Positions 9,601 to 23,900 of a stretch of DNA of 64,000 bases are shown here, in pieces. The notes below the pieces were generated by a model that had not been told where the DNA came from, ran no database searches, and saw nothing but the letters and a program-made list of their open reading frames with translations. Location of the stretch: the NCBI GenBank assembly GCA_036172245.1, contig JAYWIR010000047.1, forward strand, positions 1 to 64,000, given 5' to 3'. How positions within the stretch are numbered: position 1 is the stretch's first letter; the number at the start of each line of letters is the position of its first letter. The position numbers and the translations under genes were made by a program. Source of the DNA: Raillietiella orientalis. Its lineage: Eukaryota.

Positions 9601-12600
9601 TGTACTATAAACAAAAAGATATCCCCTCTAATCAGTATCATTCTTTACCTCGAACATCTTGACTACAACTTCCTCAAAGTGATCAATGCCTTCTTCTGTA
9701 AGATCTATAAAGATTGAGAAGAATCCGAAACCTCTTGCAACTGTTACCTCTCCTGCACTAAGAGCAGTAGCCCACTTTTTTTTCAGTTTCAATTCTGATA
9801 ACAAACTCCCTTGGCCTTCATGACCCATTAAATGACAAAGGTATGTTCCTGGCTAATGTAATCATAATGTATTCAAAATTTCTCAACCATAACTTTTATA
9901 ATTTAATGTAAATAGAACTTACAGAAGACTTATAGAATTCTTGCAAATCAGGAATCGGAAAAAGAATTATGATCCTGTGGATGTCTTTAACTGGGACCAT
10001 TTTCATCATTGATTTGACTTCATTAGACTGAAAGGGATGATCCAACCATTTCGGAAGAGGTAAGTTCATATTTTTTACTTCCCAAAAATTCGATACCACA
10101 ATTCTTTCAAGGTCATCTAATGATTCTGGAACAAGACAAGTTCAATGGCTAACATTGAAAAAGGTGAGAGAAAAAACGTGAGAAAAGACAAAAATGCAAA
10201 CATCAAAAAGCCTTTTGAAATGCATACCTTTGCCTACAACAGCTAAAGACATGAGATTAGATGAATACCAAGTCTTGTGAAACTCTAGCAAGGCTTTTCT
10301 TACATCTATTCCATTTTTAAGTGGATCCTCCAGAAGTGTTTTTTTGTTTCCTAAAAATAAACAAAAAAATCAAAACTTAGGTCTTTAACAATATTTTCAA
10401 CATCTGCTTAACCAAATAGATCGATAACATTCGATTTCTTCTTCCACTGATACAGAAAGCTTTCCTTGTTTGTATTAATTGCCTATACAATCACAATGAT
10501 CAGAGAATGAATAACCATTGCTGTAAATGCAGGGAAAAAGCAGTCGCCACCATAAAGTTGCTATACTGCTAGTGTAAGAGGCACATTAAAATCAATGCAA
10601 AATTGCATTCATTGAACACTCCATCAGTTTAAGAACCCTCCCTGAATTTGCGTTCTCATTCACATTGCTTTCTCAAAATTTTGACCATATTTGCTAATCG
10701 TGGATTTACATTGTGATTACTTATGAGCAGCTTTCACACATATTTATAAAAGAATGCTGTTGTTTATCACAATGTAGACAACAAGCTCTCTTCATGAGTG
10801 ATAAACTTCAAAACATATTATGCACACTACACAGCATGTACTTCAAGTTAAAACTTGAAAGTACAATAATTAAAATTGAAATTAAAATATGGTTAGACAG
10901 GAGTTTAATGTTGCATTCTATATCAGACATCTCACATATTTGATAATTTATCACTGTTCTGATATCAGCATGAATGTCACAATGCAATCAAAACATTCAC
11001 ACTTGATATGGACATTTGCATCTTGAATGACTCCCCTTTTCCACCACAATGCCTTTGAATCCTCTGACTCGAAACCAAAGAATTGCTTTACTATCATAAT
11101 TTTTCAGCAAACCTAACAATACAAACAAGATAGATAATCCACCACACTGAAGAATATTTTCCTCTGAATTTTGGATATGCTCTTCTTTCCTCCACTCTGA
11201 GCATGAAAAGTATACTTTGTACTTGTTCAACTGGGCGAATTATCCCATAAACTGTTCATCATTCTAAACTTGATTGAAAAGTCTCAAATTCTGCTTCTCT
11301 GTTGAAACTAAGGTGATCCTGCTATGGGTATATTGCAATTTCTCTTTTTAAAATGTTTTGCCTGCAACCAAGTTCCTAAAGATACTCAATACTGTCCACT
11401 TGGAGAACACGATGCAATCCAACGTTCAAAAAAATTATTTCAAACTTCCATCATTGAGTGTATGATTATATAAGTTCTTTTTACATATGCTATTTGTATT
11501 TTAGCAATTCATCTTTAATTTGGTTATAGTAACTCATGAATTCATATATTTCAGCTTATGGAAAAACATTGCTTGCATGCTTAGAAAATTATAGAAGGAT
11601 ATCATCTTCGTTTTACTTGTCACCTGCTTCACTTGATAATGCATGGGTTTGGAATAATACAAACCCATTAATGAATAAGTTAAGAGTGTTAGAACTCACA
11701 ATAAAAACTGATATTAAGCTTTGTTCTTCCTTTAACTCTCATAAGTTTTCAGCAGTTCATTACTTATTTCTATTCACATATAGTGTTTCCCGAGTGTATC
11801 CTCAAGAAATAATTTATTTCCATGTGCAAAACCTCAATAATCGACAAATCAAGTACAAAATTGAAGAAATAAATAGCAACTAGTGTAAGGACGTATGTTC
11901 CAACATGCATTATACATATACTCCCCACAATATGCTGGATTTCAAAATTAGCAAACAAGTTAGAAAAAAATCATAAATTCTCATCCATGAATGGATAAAT
12001 CTTATTGATGGCTCCAACTTTTAATTCATGAATCTTGTTTTCAAATTCATGAATTCAAAGTTAGAGGCCATCATTGTGGTGTGACTACGTAGGATAAACA
12101 ATATAAATGCTAAGTACCGCATATGGATCTGCAATCAAATACTTTTTACCTGCGCAAAATTTTCTATATGGATGACCAGGCTTTGAACTCTGCTTTTCCA
12201 GTTGTATCCACCTCCAGTTATCCAAAGGAATATTCTTTTCATGCTCAAGATGAACTGCATTTATTTCCCTTTCAGTTGAGTCCTCATTAAAGAGAGGATT
12301 AATGAAAAACTGAGCAAATCTGAAAAGAAAGTTCGATTTCTTAATATACAATGACATCAACAAATATGGAAGCACAAGGTAATAAATATTAGACAGAGAA
12401 ATTAGTTATTACCTTTCAATAGCCTCAGTCAAATGTTGTGGAGATACATCGAAAAAAAAATTTGTTGTATCAGTGGAGGTGCATGCATTGGTAGAACCAC
12501 CATGCTCTGACAGAAATTTAGAGAATTCATTTTCCTGAGGGAATCTTTTTGTTCCAAGAAACAACATGTGCTCACAAAAATGGGCTAGGCCAGGAATGTC

Positions 12601-12847
12601 ATCAGGATCACTTAAATGACCTAAATTTATTTTCAATTAAATGCAAACCCAGTTATAAGACTATGGAATACATACCTACATTAACTCCCATTGCAGCAGC
12701 TGCTTTGTCAGTATCCGGATCACTTACAAGCAAAATTTTCATGCCATTCTTTAATTCAACAGCTCTATACAACCGTTTGTCTGAGTTCGATTTAATGATA
12801 TCATCCAAGGTGTAGTTAATAATGTCATTTGCTTTAATCATAACCAT
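6635..12847 (-). CDS. IDE: Insulin-degrading enzyme (M16A) paralog A, ~17 exons, AT-rich, C-terminally truncated
   Basis: Exons encode [33 protein letters not shown] (HXXEH at 12568-12582), [61 protein letters not shown] introns. Ends at TGA 6635-6637 where a conserved Trp is expected. Start codon uncertain. Confidence 0.92.
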
Positions 12848-13089
12848 TCTCTTTAGAATTGGTTGGCAAGTATTGGCCTTTTTTATGCTTCTAATAGTCA
12901 ACCTCCTCAATAAATTAAACAGCTGAAATCAATAAACGAAACATGCCTACAATTAAAGTTTACGGAGAGCTCACAGACCGTAAAAACGGGATAAAAAAGT
13001 TATGGGATTTATAAACACTTGCAATTTATGGGAAATTTAAGGGGTTTTTCAGCATGCTTAGGGCTCCTGCAAGAATCTATATAAACACG

Positions 13090-14050
13090 TCAGCAGAAGC
13101 ATACGAGGGCTCACACACGAGGCACATTCTCGAGGATACTTTGATGCTTTCGTCTCGCTACGTACTGCAAGCAGAGATGCAGGACCTGCAAAGTGATCTT
13201 TCATGCACTTGGTTACTCTCCGATAAAGACACGCTCCGTCCACGGACTTGACACGGAGATCCACGCGAGCAACCGATAGAATGTTCTCACTTTTCCCCCT
13301 GGTCGTTCCATTTCGAAAGCTTGGAGAACAATCCTGTGCGTAAGATGGAAAGACCACTTTACACAGAACAAAGGCAAAGCAGCAACCACAACCTTAGTAG
13401 ACCAGGAAAGTGGAAACCTCCAGAGGGCATTCTAGACGCAAACATACAAGACAGCCGGTGGCGCGACCAAAGTAAAGTTAACAGCACCTTCATTTTGCCA
13501 AGGCAGCGCTAATTAAGAGAGCGAAACCAAGCCGCCAGGAATGGGGGCTCCGAACATTGGAAAGCCACGAGCACATCTGGAGCACGTCATTTTGAGTCAG
13601 ATTTGAGACGTTTTTTTTTTTTTTCCCAATAAGGGAAGCGAAACACTCTTTGCCGGCATCGAAGAAAAGGGAACTTTGTGCCCTCTGCATCCATTCCACA
13701 ACTGCTCTGCTTTCCTCACTCGTTTCTCTCCTGCCCACGCACGTGCTATCGCCACCAGCACGATGACATTCCACAGCAAGCGTATCCGAGGTTACGGCCT
13801 TTGTGAGCTGCAAATGCTTACCATGCGAACTTCCGCACTTCCGAGGCGACGCGCTGCACACTTCTTGGGTTCCTCCGATCCCTTTAGCAACCGCAGTTCA
13901 CTTCGGGATGAATGTCCCTAGGAAGCGGTTCGGTTGCAAATCAGTTGCAAAACTCAAAGAACGATTTCAAAGACTTCATGAGTCATTTTGAGTCTCTCCA
14001 TGCAATGATCGGCAACCGAAACATCTCTCCATTCGGACACATGCTCTTCT
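13090..14050 (-). mobile_element. Possible degenerate PIF/Harbinger transposase remnant
   Basis: Ordered motif echoes across frames: RLKMTHEVFE (FRM...F), GFPMFGA, FPG, NILSVARV, MKDHF. No TIR pair found. Confidence 0.35.
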
Positions 14051-17000
14051 CCCAGAAAAAACGCTGTCCCAGGACGATATGCGTGCACTGTGAATTCTTT
14101 TTCCGTTCGATTCATCCCTCCCTTCGAAGTCGGACGGATGCATGGGAGCGTCTCTCGATAAACTCTGCCCGGCGTCTCCCTCCTAGCCACGAATCGCCTC
14201 GACGAGATCGAATTGATCGCAGCAACGGTTGCACAAGTCCTCCGCAAGTCCCATTTTTCCTGGAGGAAAGAGAAAACCAAACCAAAAGCCTGCACCGCTC
14301 AACGATCCAATTCCTCCGAGGTCTGCGGTCTTCAACTTCTGAGTAACCTCGTTCTGGTTTCCCAAGTTTCGCTCACGTATGACAAGCTTCAATGGACCTC
14401 ATTTGTCCGGATGCCAGCCATGGAGCGAGTGGATGAAGCTGCGCAGTGGGATGCAGCTTCGCAATTGCTACTGTCGTCTAACCGGAGAGCGTGCTCTTGC
14501 ACACTCGAGAGCATCCCGAATTGGATTGGATAGGAAGCCAATCGCATCTCCAACAAAATGTCGCCTTCCGCTCCTCGGAGGAAAGCTGCCCTCCCTTTGC
14601 CTGTTGGAAGGATGATCTCAGCTCCTTCCGAGGCGCAGTGCTATGGTATTGAGATCCTATAAAGGTTTCGTAAAGGGGCTATTGGAGGTCTCCCACAGTT
14701 TTGCCTCTCTCCACCCTCGGGCGCCTTCCCCGCTACGCACGGCCATCGGCTGTCATCTTGAGCATGCTTTCCCATACGATGCCTCTGACGCTTCCTCAAC
14801 GCTTTCCTGGGCCATCGAAGCGCGTGGGGTACGAAGATGAGGTCCACCCACGATTTGCGGGGGAGAAAAGAGCAAAAGAAAAACGCCCGTACGATGGCCC
14901 AAGTAACGACATGCCATCTGTTGCCTCTATTCCGAACAACTATTCTCCAATACAACCCCATACTTTGCCATTAACACGCGCACACACACGGGGACGAGCG
15001 TTTCACCTTTTACCACTCACCCACGCTCCATCTACGTGGTGCACATGCACGTGAGGTTCGAGCAGTGTTTCGTCTTGATGGAAGGGAAAAGGCACGATGG
15101 CACCCTTTAACGTGAAACGTTTCCAAGGAGCCGCCTGCACGTCAGCATTTCGCCATAGCATCCAGGTTCGAATGGAACGAACGCCCTAGCCGCAACTGCC
15201 AGAACACAGGCCCTACTGTCAGACGTCGATCGAAGGGCACACTTTCCTGACCCTCCCAGACCTCAGGTCGGTGTTTGCTCCGGTCGTTCCATTTTCTGAA
15301 ACGGAAAGCCAGTGGCTGCTCCTTTGCGGATTCGGAAACGGAGCTATCGAATCCACTTCCGTAAAAGTCTGCATGCTCTCCAAGAGACTGGCAACGAACG
15401 AGCGAACGCTACTGCTTCTGCTGCAGGAGCCGCAAGTCCGCGAGGAGAGCACGCCCTTTGGCACTCCGGGCGTTTCCCGAAGTCCCCGAATTCCACGTGC
15501 GTCCTCGAGCTAGCAGCAAAGACGGAAGCTTCGTTCCCGAGTCAGAGCAGCGAGCGCGACCAGGCCGTTCTTTTTCTTCGGCGATCGTTTCTGCGCTTCT
15601 GCAGATGTCTTGCGATGCGCCAGAGGCATCTTCCATGCACGTCCTCCACCCAGTTCGCAAGCCAGAACCCACGAGTGCTGCGATCTCAAACAACAACGGA
15701 CATCGGCACGAAGGTCCCTGCGATGCGAAGAAGATCGTGGAGCCAAACAGCTTCATCTTCATTGACGGAAGCAGCGCAAAGACTTGGACGACGTTGACTA
15801 CTGCGAAGCGAGCAGACGCCGAATTCCAGCTCACCACATACGGGAGCACCATGCACGCCGGCATCCCTTCCTTTTTGTTCCCCGTGTGCCCGCGTTCGTC
15901 CTCGTTGCTTGCTGGAGATGCATCCGCTCCCATCTGCTTTGGCAAACACTCTTTTGCACATTTCGGAGAAATCGCAAGGGCGACGAGCGGCGCACACGAT
16001 GCGGTTCGTTCCGGAAGCCTCCGATTTCTCTGCCCCATCTCCTATCCCGTGGCGACCAAACAAAGAGGAACAGTTTGCAAGACGAACCCTTTACTGCGGA
16101 AGCGGATGCGCCGCCCCAGAAAGTTGCCGCTCCCTGCAGCGATCACGGCTTATCCGGGCAGAGGTCGCGACACTTTCCGTACCGAACACGAGCAGCACTT
16201 CCTTATTCCACGATCAGCGCTGGCAGTCGAGACAAAAGGGCAAGAAAAAAGGCTGCTGGATGTAATGCTCCCCTTTCACGGGGGAGCACCGTTTGCTCGG
16301 TTGGAAGAGACATCTCGCGAGACGTTCTTATGCGGGAAACTCGGCTGGAAAATGCTGGAAGGCACATCGACCTGCACTTGCCACTCGAGAGAAAGACAGG
16401 TACCCAGCGGGCGTACGAGGCCCAGCCGCGTGGCCGCACGAAGGCAAAGCCTCCCGGCAGCCGCGCCGTCTTTAGAGACGGGACTCGCACGTGGAGGCAA
16501 CACGTCAGACTGAGCGTCCAGCGTCTGGTCATTCTCCGCCCTTCCTTATGCAGAGATGCGCGAGTTCGTTCCGAGCATCCGGAAAAAAAGGCACCAGACG
16601 CTGCGAAATACGGAAAATCTGGATCCTTACGGCAGCATTGCGTTGCCTGTCCCGTTGCTGCTACGTCCGTCAATCAGGGAAAGACTCCACAGACAACCAA
16701 GAGCAGCGGCAACCTGTCCTCTTTCTGGAGATAAGAGAGTTCCGTGTCCTTCGAGAACCCGAAGCAAGCTTTCATGCTCCTTTAGTCCGGACGGACCAAG
16801 TTCTTTCTTTTGTTCCCACTGCGACGCACCGAAACCTGGCTTGGATGTCGACTGCTGTCAACGTCCGGACTGTTTGTCCCTTGCATTTGCGTATATTTCG
16901 AAAAAACGTCACGAGGTGGATATCTCGCACGAGGGTCGTCATTTCAATTCCAGATAACAAGCAACGCTCGGCAGCGTGGGTCGGAGGCGCTGCCGCGCAT

Positions 17001-17271
17001 GTTGGGAACGCCCGGTCCCGTTGCCCCAAGTAGGTTCGTTGAGCAAACTTTTCCTGTCGCCGAGGTTACGAGCGCGACCAGCTGTTGGTTCTCCAGCTGC
17101 TTCAGACGAGCATCCCAGTCATTGCTGCTGACCGGTTGGCCAGACGGGAGCAAGGGTGGATAGGACGCGGACGTCATCAAATGGCGGGATGACGGATAAA
17201 AAAAAAGGTTCGTGCATGTCACGAGTCTCGCACGGGTGGACGAAATGGTGGTGAGGGGAGCATCGGTTTGT

Positions 17272-20200
17272 CTACACGTAATGATGGACTTTGAAGAGTT
17301 CGGCGGGATAGAATGGCTTGGGCAAAGAACAGAGGCTGAGGTCGCTTTTGAAGTCCTTGATGCTCTCGATACGATGCGGCTGAAAAGGACGTTCCCACCC
17401 GTTTCGAAAAGAGCGAGGAAAGGGCAGCTTACAGCGTCGCCGTCCTGAGGTCGCGCGGACGTCCCGTTGTGTCCGGACGGCATGACGTAGACGGACAGCT
17501 TCCTTCTGAACCGCGAACCTTTCCTCACGTATTTCTAAGGATGAAAGAGGGAACGCGCGTGAAGCTAAGGGAGGGGCAGCTACCTCGTAAAACAGCAGCA
17601 CGTCCTCGCGGGTCAACACGCCCAAGTCGGCGCTTTCCAGGGTGTCGCGGTTGAACTTGTACTCGTGGTTCGCGATTTCCGCCCACAGCTTGCCGGTCCT
17701 CTCGGCCAGCTTCTTGGGCTTCCTCAGCAGCAGTTTCCGCAGTGCGGCCTTGTGATTTTCAAACTCTCCCTCCGACATGTTGAGGAGGTACCCCTTGAGG
17801 AAAGAATGAAGCCGTGGACGAAGAGGACCGCCTCCTAGCCTACTTGGAACCATCGCTAGAAGTGCTCGATCCGTTGGTCCAGGTAAGCCGCATCCTTGTC
17901 CGATTGAATGGCGATGCGCAGCCCTTGCACGCAGTTCATTCTGCGGATGGAGGAGAGCACGATGTAACCCAGCTGCTCCTGCGGGGCGACGAACATGGTC
18001 AGTAAGATGGCAAGCAAGCGCAGCGCCCGCCCCACCTTGGTGCGCAGGATGCTGTACGCGGGCTCTCGAACGATCTGAGCAAAAAGCTGCATCAAAGCGT
18101 GGTTGGGGTTGCCTTCGGGACTGTACTGATAGTACGCTTCGACGGCATGGATTTTGTGAGCATCGTACGGCAGCGTGTACAGGTAAGAAGACTCTGTTGG
18201 TGGTTGCATCCGAGTTACCGCTGCTTCCTGCACGGCTCAGCTACTCACTCTCGGGCATGATGTACTCCCTGTAAAGGGTGATCTGCTCCTTCGGGATCGG
18301 TTTGCTGTCGCGGAAGCTGCTTTGGATTAATCGCAGGACCTGTTGCGCCCTCTGCGTGGGAAACGAACCGCCCAGAACAAAGTGAGGAGCTAATTTCGAA
18401 AGCAGACTTTGACCTGTTCGTTGACGTTCCCGTGGATGAAGCATTCGAGGAAGACGTCGGCGAAGAAGCGGGCAGGAAATTGACGCATGTCCTCGACGGT
18501 GACTCCTGCGGTGCCAGGGCGTTCGTGCAGGTTCGTTAGCGAGCGGCCCCGATCGCTCACCTTCCAACGAGCTCTGCAATTCTTCCGTCGTCCACACCTT
18601 CTCCACCAGCAGAGCGTTCATGTAGTAGCTGCTCTTCACGTACGGCTGCTCCAACAGGAAGTTGGCCAGATTCCTGCCGAGCTGCGCGCGCCGCGAGTGG
18701 CCGAACCAACCCCGTCCGCTGCAACAGTACCTGCCTCCGGAAGACTTCCAGGCGACTCGGGTCGACGTGCAAGGCAACCATCCTCTCCAGGATTTGAGAG
18801 AGCAGCGTGTCCTGTTTGTCACTGTATCCGCTCAGCGTCATCTGCAGCGGCGGTTTTGCGTTATGGAATTCCCTCTTCAGTCCCGGCGGGATCCCCGTGT
18901 CCCCTCCCACTGACCGTGATTCCGTACTTGGTCGCTTTGAGGTTGTAGCCCAGTCCCGCCAAGCCGGCCTCGAACGTGTCCTCGTTCAGAGAGTCCTGCA
19001 ACAACATCGTGAACAGAATGAGCATGCAGGTGTGCTTCGGGTCCTCGAAGGACACGGGACTCTTGATCTCCAGAAAAAGGACAGACTTCGGAGTGAGGAA
19101 CTCGTTGTCTTGCTTGTACCAAAGGTTCAAGAGCGGGGACTGGTGGAGCAAATACGGATACAGAGGCAGGCTCTCCTTCTCTGGCGGCAGCCAAGGCAGC
19201 GGTGCTGCCGCTAGAGGATACAGGTCCAGGCTGCGGGGGATAAACTTGTTCGGCGACGGAGGGAAGAAATTCTTGAGAGCAGGAACGCCGCCCAGAGCCT
19301 GGAAAGCATCGTCGGGTGAGATCACCATCCAGCAGCGCATCCTTTCCCAAATGTCGGAAAGCACCGCACGGAAGGGGGCTCTGCACTTCGGCCTGCATCC
19401 CAACCCTCCCAGCTCCAGAGGGAAGACTTCCGATGCTGCGGGGGCTTCCCGCGATCCGTGCCGTTGGCGTGCCGTTGCGCGATCTACGAGGAAGCTCCGG
19501 CGAGGAAAGCGTCGCGCGCGCCCCTCGCGCAGCGAGGTGCGGCGGTGCGTTCCCTCGCAGCGGCATCCATCGTTTGCGGGTGAGCGCTGCGGCGAAGGGA
19601 GCGAAGGAACCGCACGCCTCCTTTCCTCCCGCGCCAAAGTGCTCGCCTTCGGACAGAGAGGTGCGCTTCCGATCCGTCGCTCAGCTGCCCGCTCTGGTTA
19701 TCGCGGAGCACTTCGAGAACGGAAGAACGCGGGTGTGCGCGGGACATCGCCTCCAGCGTGAGCGCTTCCGTCGTCGGAAGCGGACTCAGCGAACGGACCT
19801 GACCGCACCGAAGTCTTGCCGCCGTCTCATCCATTTGCCGCCGTCACCGTTGGAAATTTCGCGCGGGCGCCCAGCGTGCAGGTTCAACAGGGAGACACCC
19901 CTTCCGCCAGCATCTCCATCTACCTCGTAGGAGCACTTCCGACACCTTGCCAAGAAGGGAGGGCTGGCGGCGAATTCGCCGGCAGGAGGCAATCCGTCCG
20001 TCCGTCCGTCCGCCCGCCCAGCGAAGGACCTGGGCTACGTACCTCGATAAAGGTCGCGTTGATGCTCCGAACGCTGTACTGCATCCCGTACCACGGATCC
20101 GTGAGCCAGACGTATCCAGGAGCTCTCGCGAGCTTCTTGCTGATCGCAAGCATCCTGCGGGAGTTCGCCCATCGGGGGCCGCTCGCGAAAGCAGGACCGC

Positions 20201-20740
20201 CGCGACTTACCACATGTTGGTCGGCTTCAGATAGCCGAGAGCCTGCTTGATCCGCGAGACATCGGCCTCACGCAGCAGATACGGTCCTGACAGAACGTCC
20301 TCTAAAGGATAGTCCTGGGGAGTGGTGCAGCTTTCGAAAACGGAGCACAGTCGTTACCATCAAGTACTTGGCTGTGTCGCGCACGAAGGCGATGGGATCC
20401 TCCTTGTCTTTGTATTCGAAGCTGAGCTTGCGCGTCTGCTGGATCTCGTCAAAGATCCTCCGCTGGAACCCCGCCTCCTTCAGCATCGCGATGTACTACG
20501 GCAACAGTCCTCGCACCGTGACTCGGACCTTGTACCTGGAACACTTTGATCAAGATATCGTCGATGTGCTCGATGCCATCCTCGGTGAGGTCGATCGCAA
20601 CGGTGAACAGGCCGAATCCTCTAGCCCCCACGCCATCCTGTGCCGAGAGCGAAGTAGCCCAGCGATCGACCAGCTTCAGTTCCGACAAAAGGCTTCCTTT
20701 TCCTTCGTGGCAGATGTGATGGCTTAGGTAAGCGAAGGCA
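17272..20740 (-). pseudogene. IDE: 5'-truncated duplicate of IDE paralog B
   Basis: Near-identical inverted copy of 60520-63988. Lacks the exons upstream of the GHEG exon, including HFCEH; acceptor cag>ctg; GHEG>CHEG; TGG>TAG nonsense at 17856-17858. Confidence 0.93.
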
Positions 20741-20746
20741 GGAATC

Positions 20747-20912
20747 ACAGCACACTTTGCAAATTTCAATTCTTTATTATTTGCATATGGATTCCAATCA
20801 GGAAGAGCTGCAGCATATGGACTCCGAAGAGTTTCAAAACCACAGAAATTTCATCTCCTCCCACCGTTTGGAAATACCCAAGAAACTGATAAAGCGTTGC
20901 TACAAGTTTTGG
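20747..20912 (+). pseudogene. IDE: Orphan fragment of an IDE-A-type last intron/exon
   Basis: [37 protein letters not shown]; diverged homolog of 6635-6803. Confidence 0.88.
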
Positions 20913-20940
20913 ACTCTCAAACCTGATTCTTTCCAGGATC

Positions 20941-23900
20941 GGAAGCCTCTAGAGCTCCTGCAGCGATGGCTCTCACTCTTGTGGGTACTCTTACTGAGGA
21001 GGAGTGCTGAACCTACTGTCGGTGCGCACCCTACTTGCTTTTTTTCGAGCCTTCTTAGAATTGCTTTCGAAGGGGGTGCCGATGTCCAGTGGACTTACTC
21101 TTTCGTCGCTCCGCCCAACCAAGTGCGGCTCGAGGCTGGAATTTGCACCTGAACTATCAGGGAGGGTGGTTAGGGTCAGCTCCCAGTCTCTCATTGTCTT
21201 CAATTTGCGCCAGTGACGATAGGTTCTTGCTCGACCGCCAGACGCCCTATGGTTCGTAACCTGCTGGAGGGATTCCTGTCGAACAGCAGACCATCGTCTG
21301 CACATAAGTCAGCTGTGCTTCGGATAAGAGCACAATTCCTTCCCTTTCCTTAGTCCAGAGTTTGCCAAACATTTCCCATGACGGAAAACTTCACAAGTCC
21401 TGAAATTTCCACGGAATACATTGATTACTTCATAGGGCAGGTAGATATAAATAATAATAATAATAATACATTATTAATCAGAATAATCCCGCAAATGAAC
21501 ATAAGAGTTGAGAAAACAAAATAAACATTCATTCTCGAATTGGTATCACGGAAAACTTTCGTAATTTTTTACGGAACCTCTATTGACTTTCCTGGAACAC
21601 CAGTGCTCTGCGGAACGCAGTTTGGGAAACGTTGTCTTAGTCCGTGGAGGGAGTGAGTTCAGCCAAGCTGAGCGTGCGCATCCGCGAACTGCACGTCCCG
21701 TTATCGCCACGAAAGGCAAAGTGGCTCAAAGGGCGATGGTACTTAACATTGCAGAACGTTGCTGCTCCACGTTGACGAGGACGCTGTTTTCCACTCACCT
21801 TCGCATCGCACACTACGACGGAGGGCTGTTGCTTTTCTCCTCACGTGCGTACCGAAAGTGGGGTGACCAGTGGGCATCCTGGGGTCTCTCCTTCATCCAC
21901 GTTTTTATTTCCTTCAGTCGGCCATCGACCTGCCTTCCTGCAGTCTCCTCCAGTCGCTGGCAAAGTCGGACGGCAAACTCACGCAGACGCGACAGGATAC
22001 GGGATCCTCCAGGGAATGGGGAGCAGACGAAACGAGGCTTACCTGTAGCACGGAGACCCGCTGCCCGGTGGCGCTGCACACGCGGTCAAGACGTAGCCGG
22101 AAAGCACGAGGAGGAAGGCGTGGAGACGCCGCATCCGTCTTGCAGCTGCTCCCGTCCCTCAGGCCCAGCACTCGCAGGACGACTCGGGAATCGCGCAAGG
22201 GTTGCACGCTACGCTGAGGTTCCTCCTCGAATACGCCGAAGAAATCACCGAGTGGTTAACTCAGGTGCGCCGGCGGAAGTCATTTCATGCCTTACAGGTT
22301 ACGAGCATCATCTGCATTCGAGCTTGTTGGCAAATCCCGCAGCGAAAAAAAAAAGGATGAATACGCAGCTTCAAGTGGAATGGCTTTTTTTCTTTCTTTC
22401 TTTCTCCGCTGTGGAAGCACCGCGCGAGACACGCGAAATTTAGCCCGCAACTCGAAAAAACTTACCAACTGCGGCAACGTGGCCTGGACGACGGTTCCTA
22501 GTGTTCGAGGACCCGTGCCTCGAAAATTCCAATTTTTCCCTCGGCAGGGAGAATATTCTCTCTTTGCCTGCGCGCATGCGCGCCTCTTCATCCTCCACAC
22601 CTCTGTCAGCAAACCGCGGTCCGAGCCCAAAGGCACGGACCGATCAAACGCGGAAGAGCGAATGCCGCCCGGGCCAAGCAGATCCGCACCCTCGCCCGGC
22701 GCTCGTTCGGGAAGGATTCGGCGGGCGGGAGGGGAGGGGGACCGTCGCCAAACCTTCCACGAAAGGGGAAAGCTGCGGCGCACCGCGCTTGGCCTCCGAT
22801 CGTTGCCATGCGACAGGTGCAGAAAGCGGAGGTGTCGCCCTCGTTCGAATGCTTGGCAGGTGCGACTATCGCGCGGGGGAGCAAAGGGTTCCGGATCGGG
22901 CGCTGCGCAAACAGATTCCGCGACCTGGAAAGGCGGACTCTGCGTTTTCATCTCGCCTGGGGGGTCTTTTCGCTTAACCCAAGGTTCGTTCCCACGTTGC
23001 CTCTCGAATAGCGCTGGACCGCGGACGCGTGACGTCACACGGCTGTCGTCTCCCCCCTCGGATTCCCCGCCAAGGGTGATGGCAGAGACGGACGCGCGCT
23101 TTGGCGACGAAGGTTGGTGACGCAGGACGATGCGAGGGAGGCGACGGGTGATGGTGCAGGAAGGGATCAATTAGGGTGCCTGCGGTGGCAAGGACGTGTC
23201 ACCGTGAGTGCAAAGTCCGTGATGGGTTCGCGCTGCAGTTGGGTCTTGAAGGAGCGAACTCGGGTCGGCCGATGGATGCGCACGCGTCAACACGCTGGAC
23301 CGATCGGGCGCGGTCCCATCCGCGCTTCGGTGCGCCGGACGATTGCGGTCGTGGTGGCAGCAGTCCGGGGCGTACTCTCTCGGGCGCAGTTGCTAAGCCT
23401 TGAGGACGCTGTCGGAACCTCGTCGGGTAAGCTGGCCGTTCCGCGGGATGAGGACTCGTCCGCGGCGTCCACGTGGGCGCTGCTCCCGGAATCCGCCGAG
23501 GGAGGGCGAGGGCGAGAGGGTGCGCGGTACGAGGGCGTGGCAGCTCATGGAGCGCCTCAGCGGCTGGAGGGGCGGACGTCGACGGACAGGGAATGCCCGT
23601 TGGTGACGCCACCGGGCGCGCGCGCGCGCAGTCTCCAGATACCGGCAACGGGACGACCCCGAGGCGACTCGTATCCTTTCGGAAGAACTCGCCTTCCGTC
23701 CAACCACTTCCGGGCGCGTTCGCATCCTTCTTTTCGTTCCACGGCTTCCCGTGCCAACGCTGCGGTACCTCCGTCGAGGTGGCCTGCCGACGACGTCCCA
23801 CGGCTTCGTCGCAAGAATTCAAGGAAGACGCCTCCGGGGGTTTTCCCCGCACGTGCTCAAGAGGAAGGGCATGGGGGGCGAGGCGTGGCCGCAGCCGACC

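Noticed and set aside
21356..21582. AT-rich island with acggaa repeats and (TAA)n, possible MITE
   Set aside because: Terminal inverted repeats match poorly and no TSD is visible.
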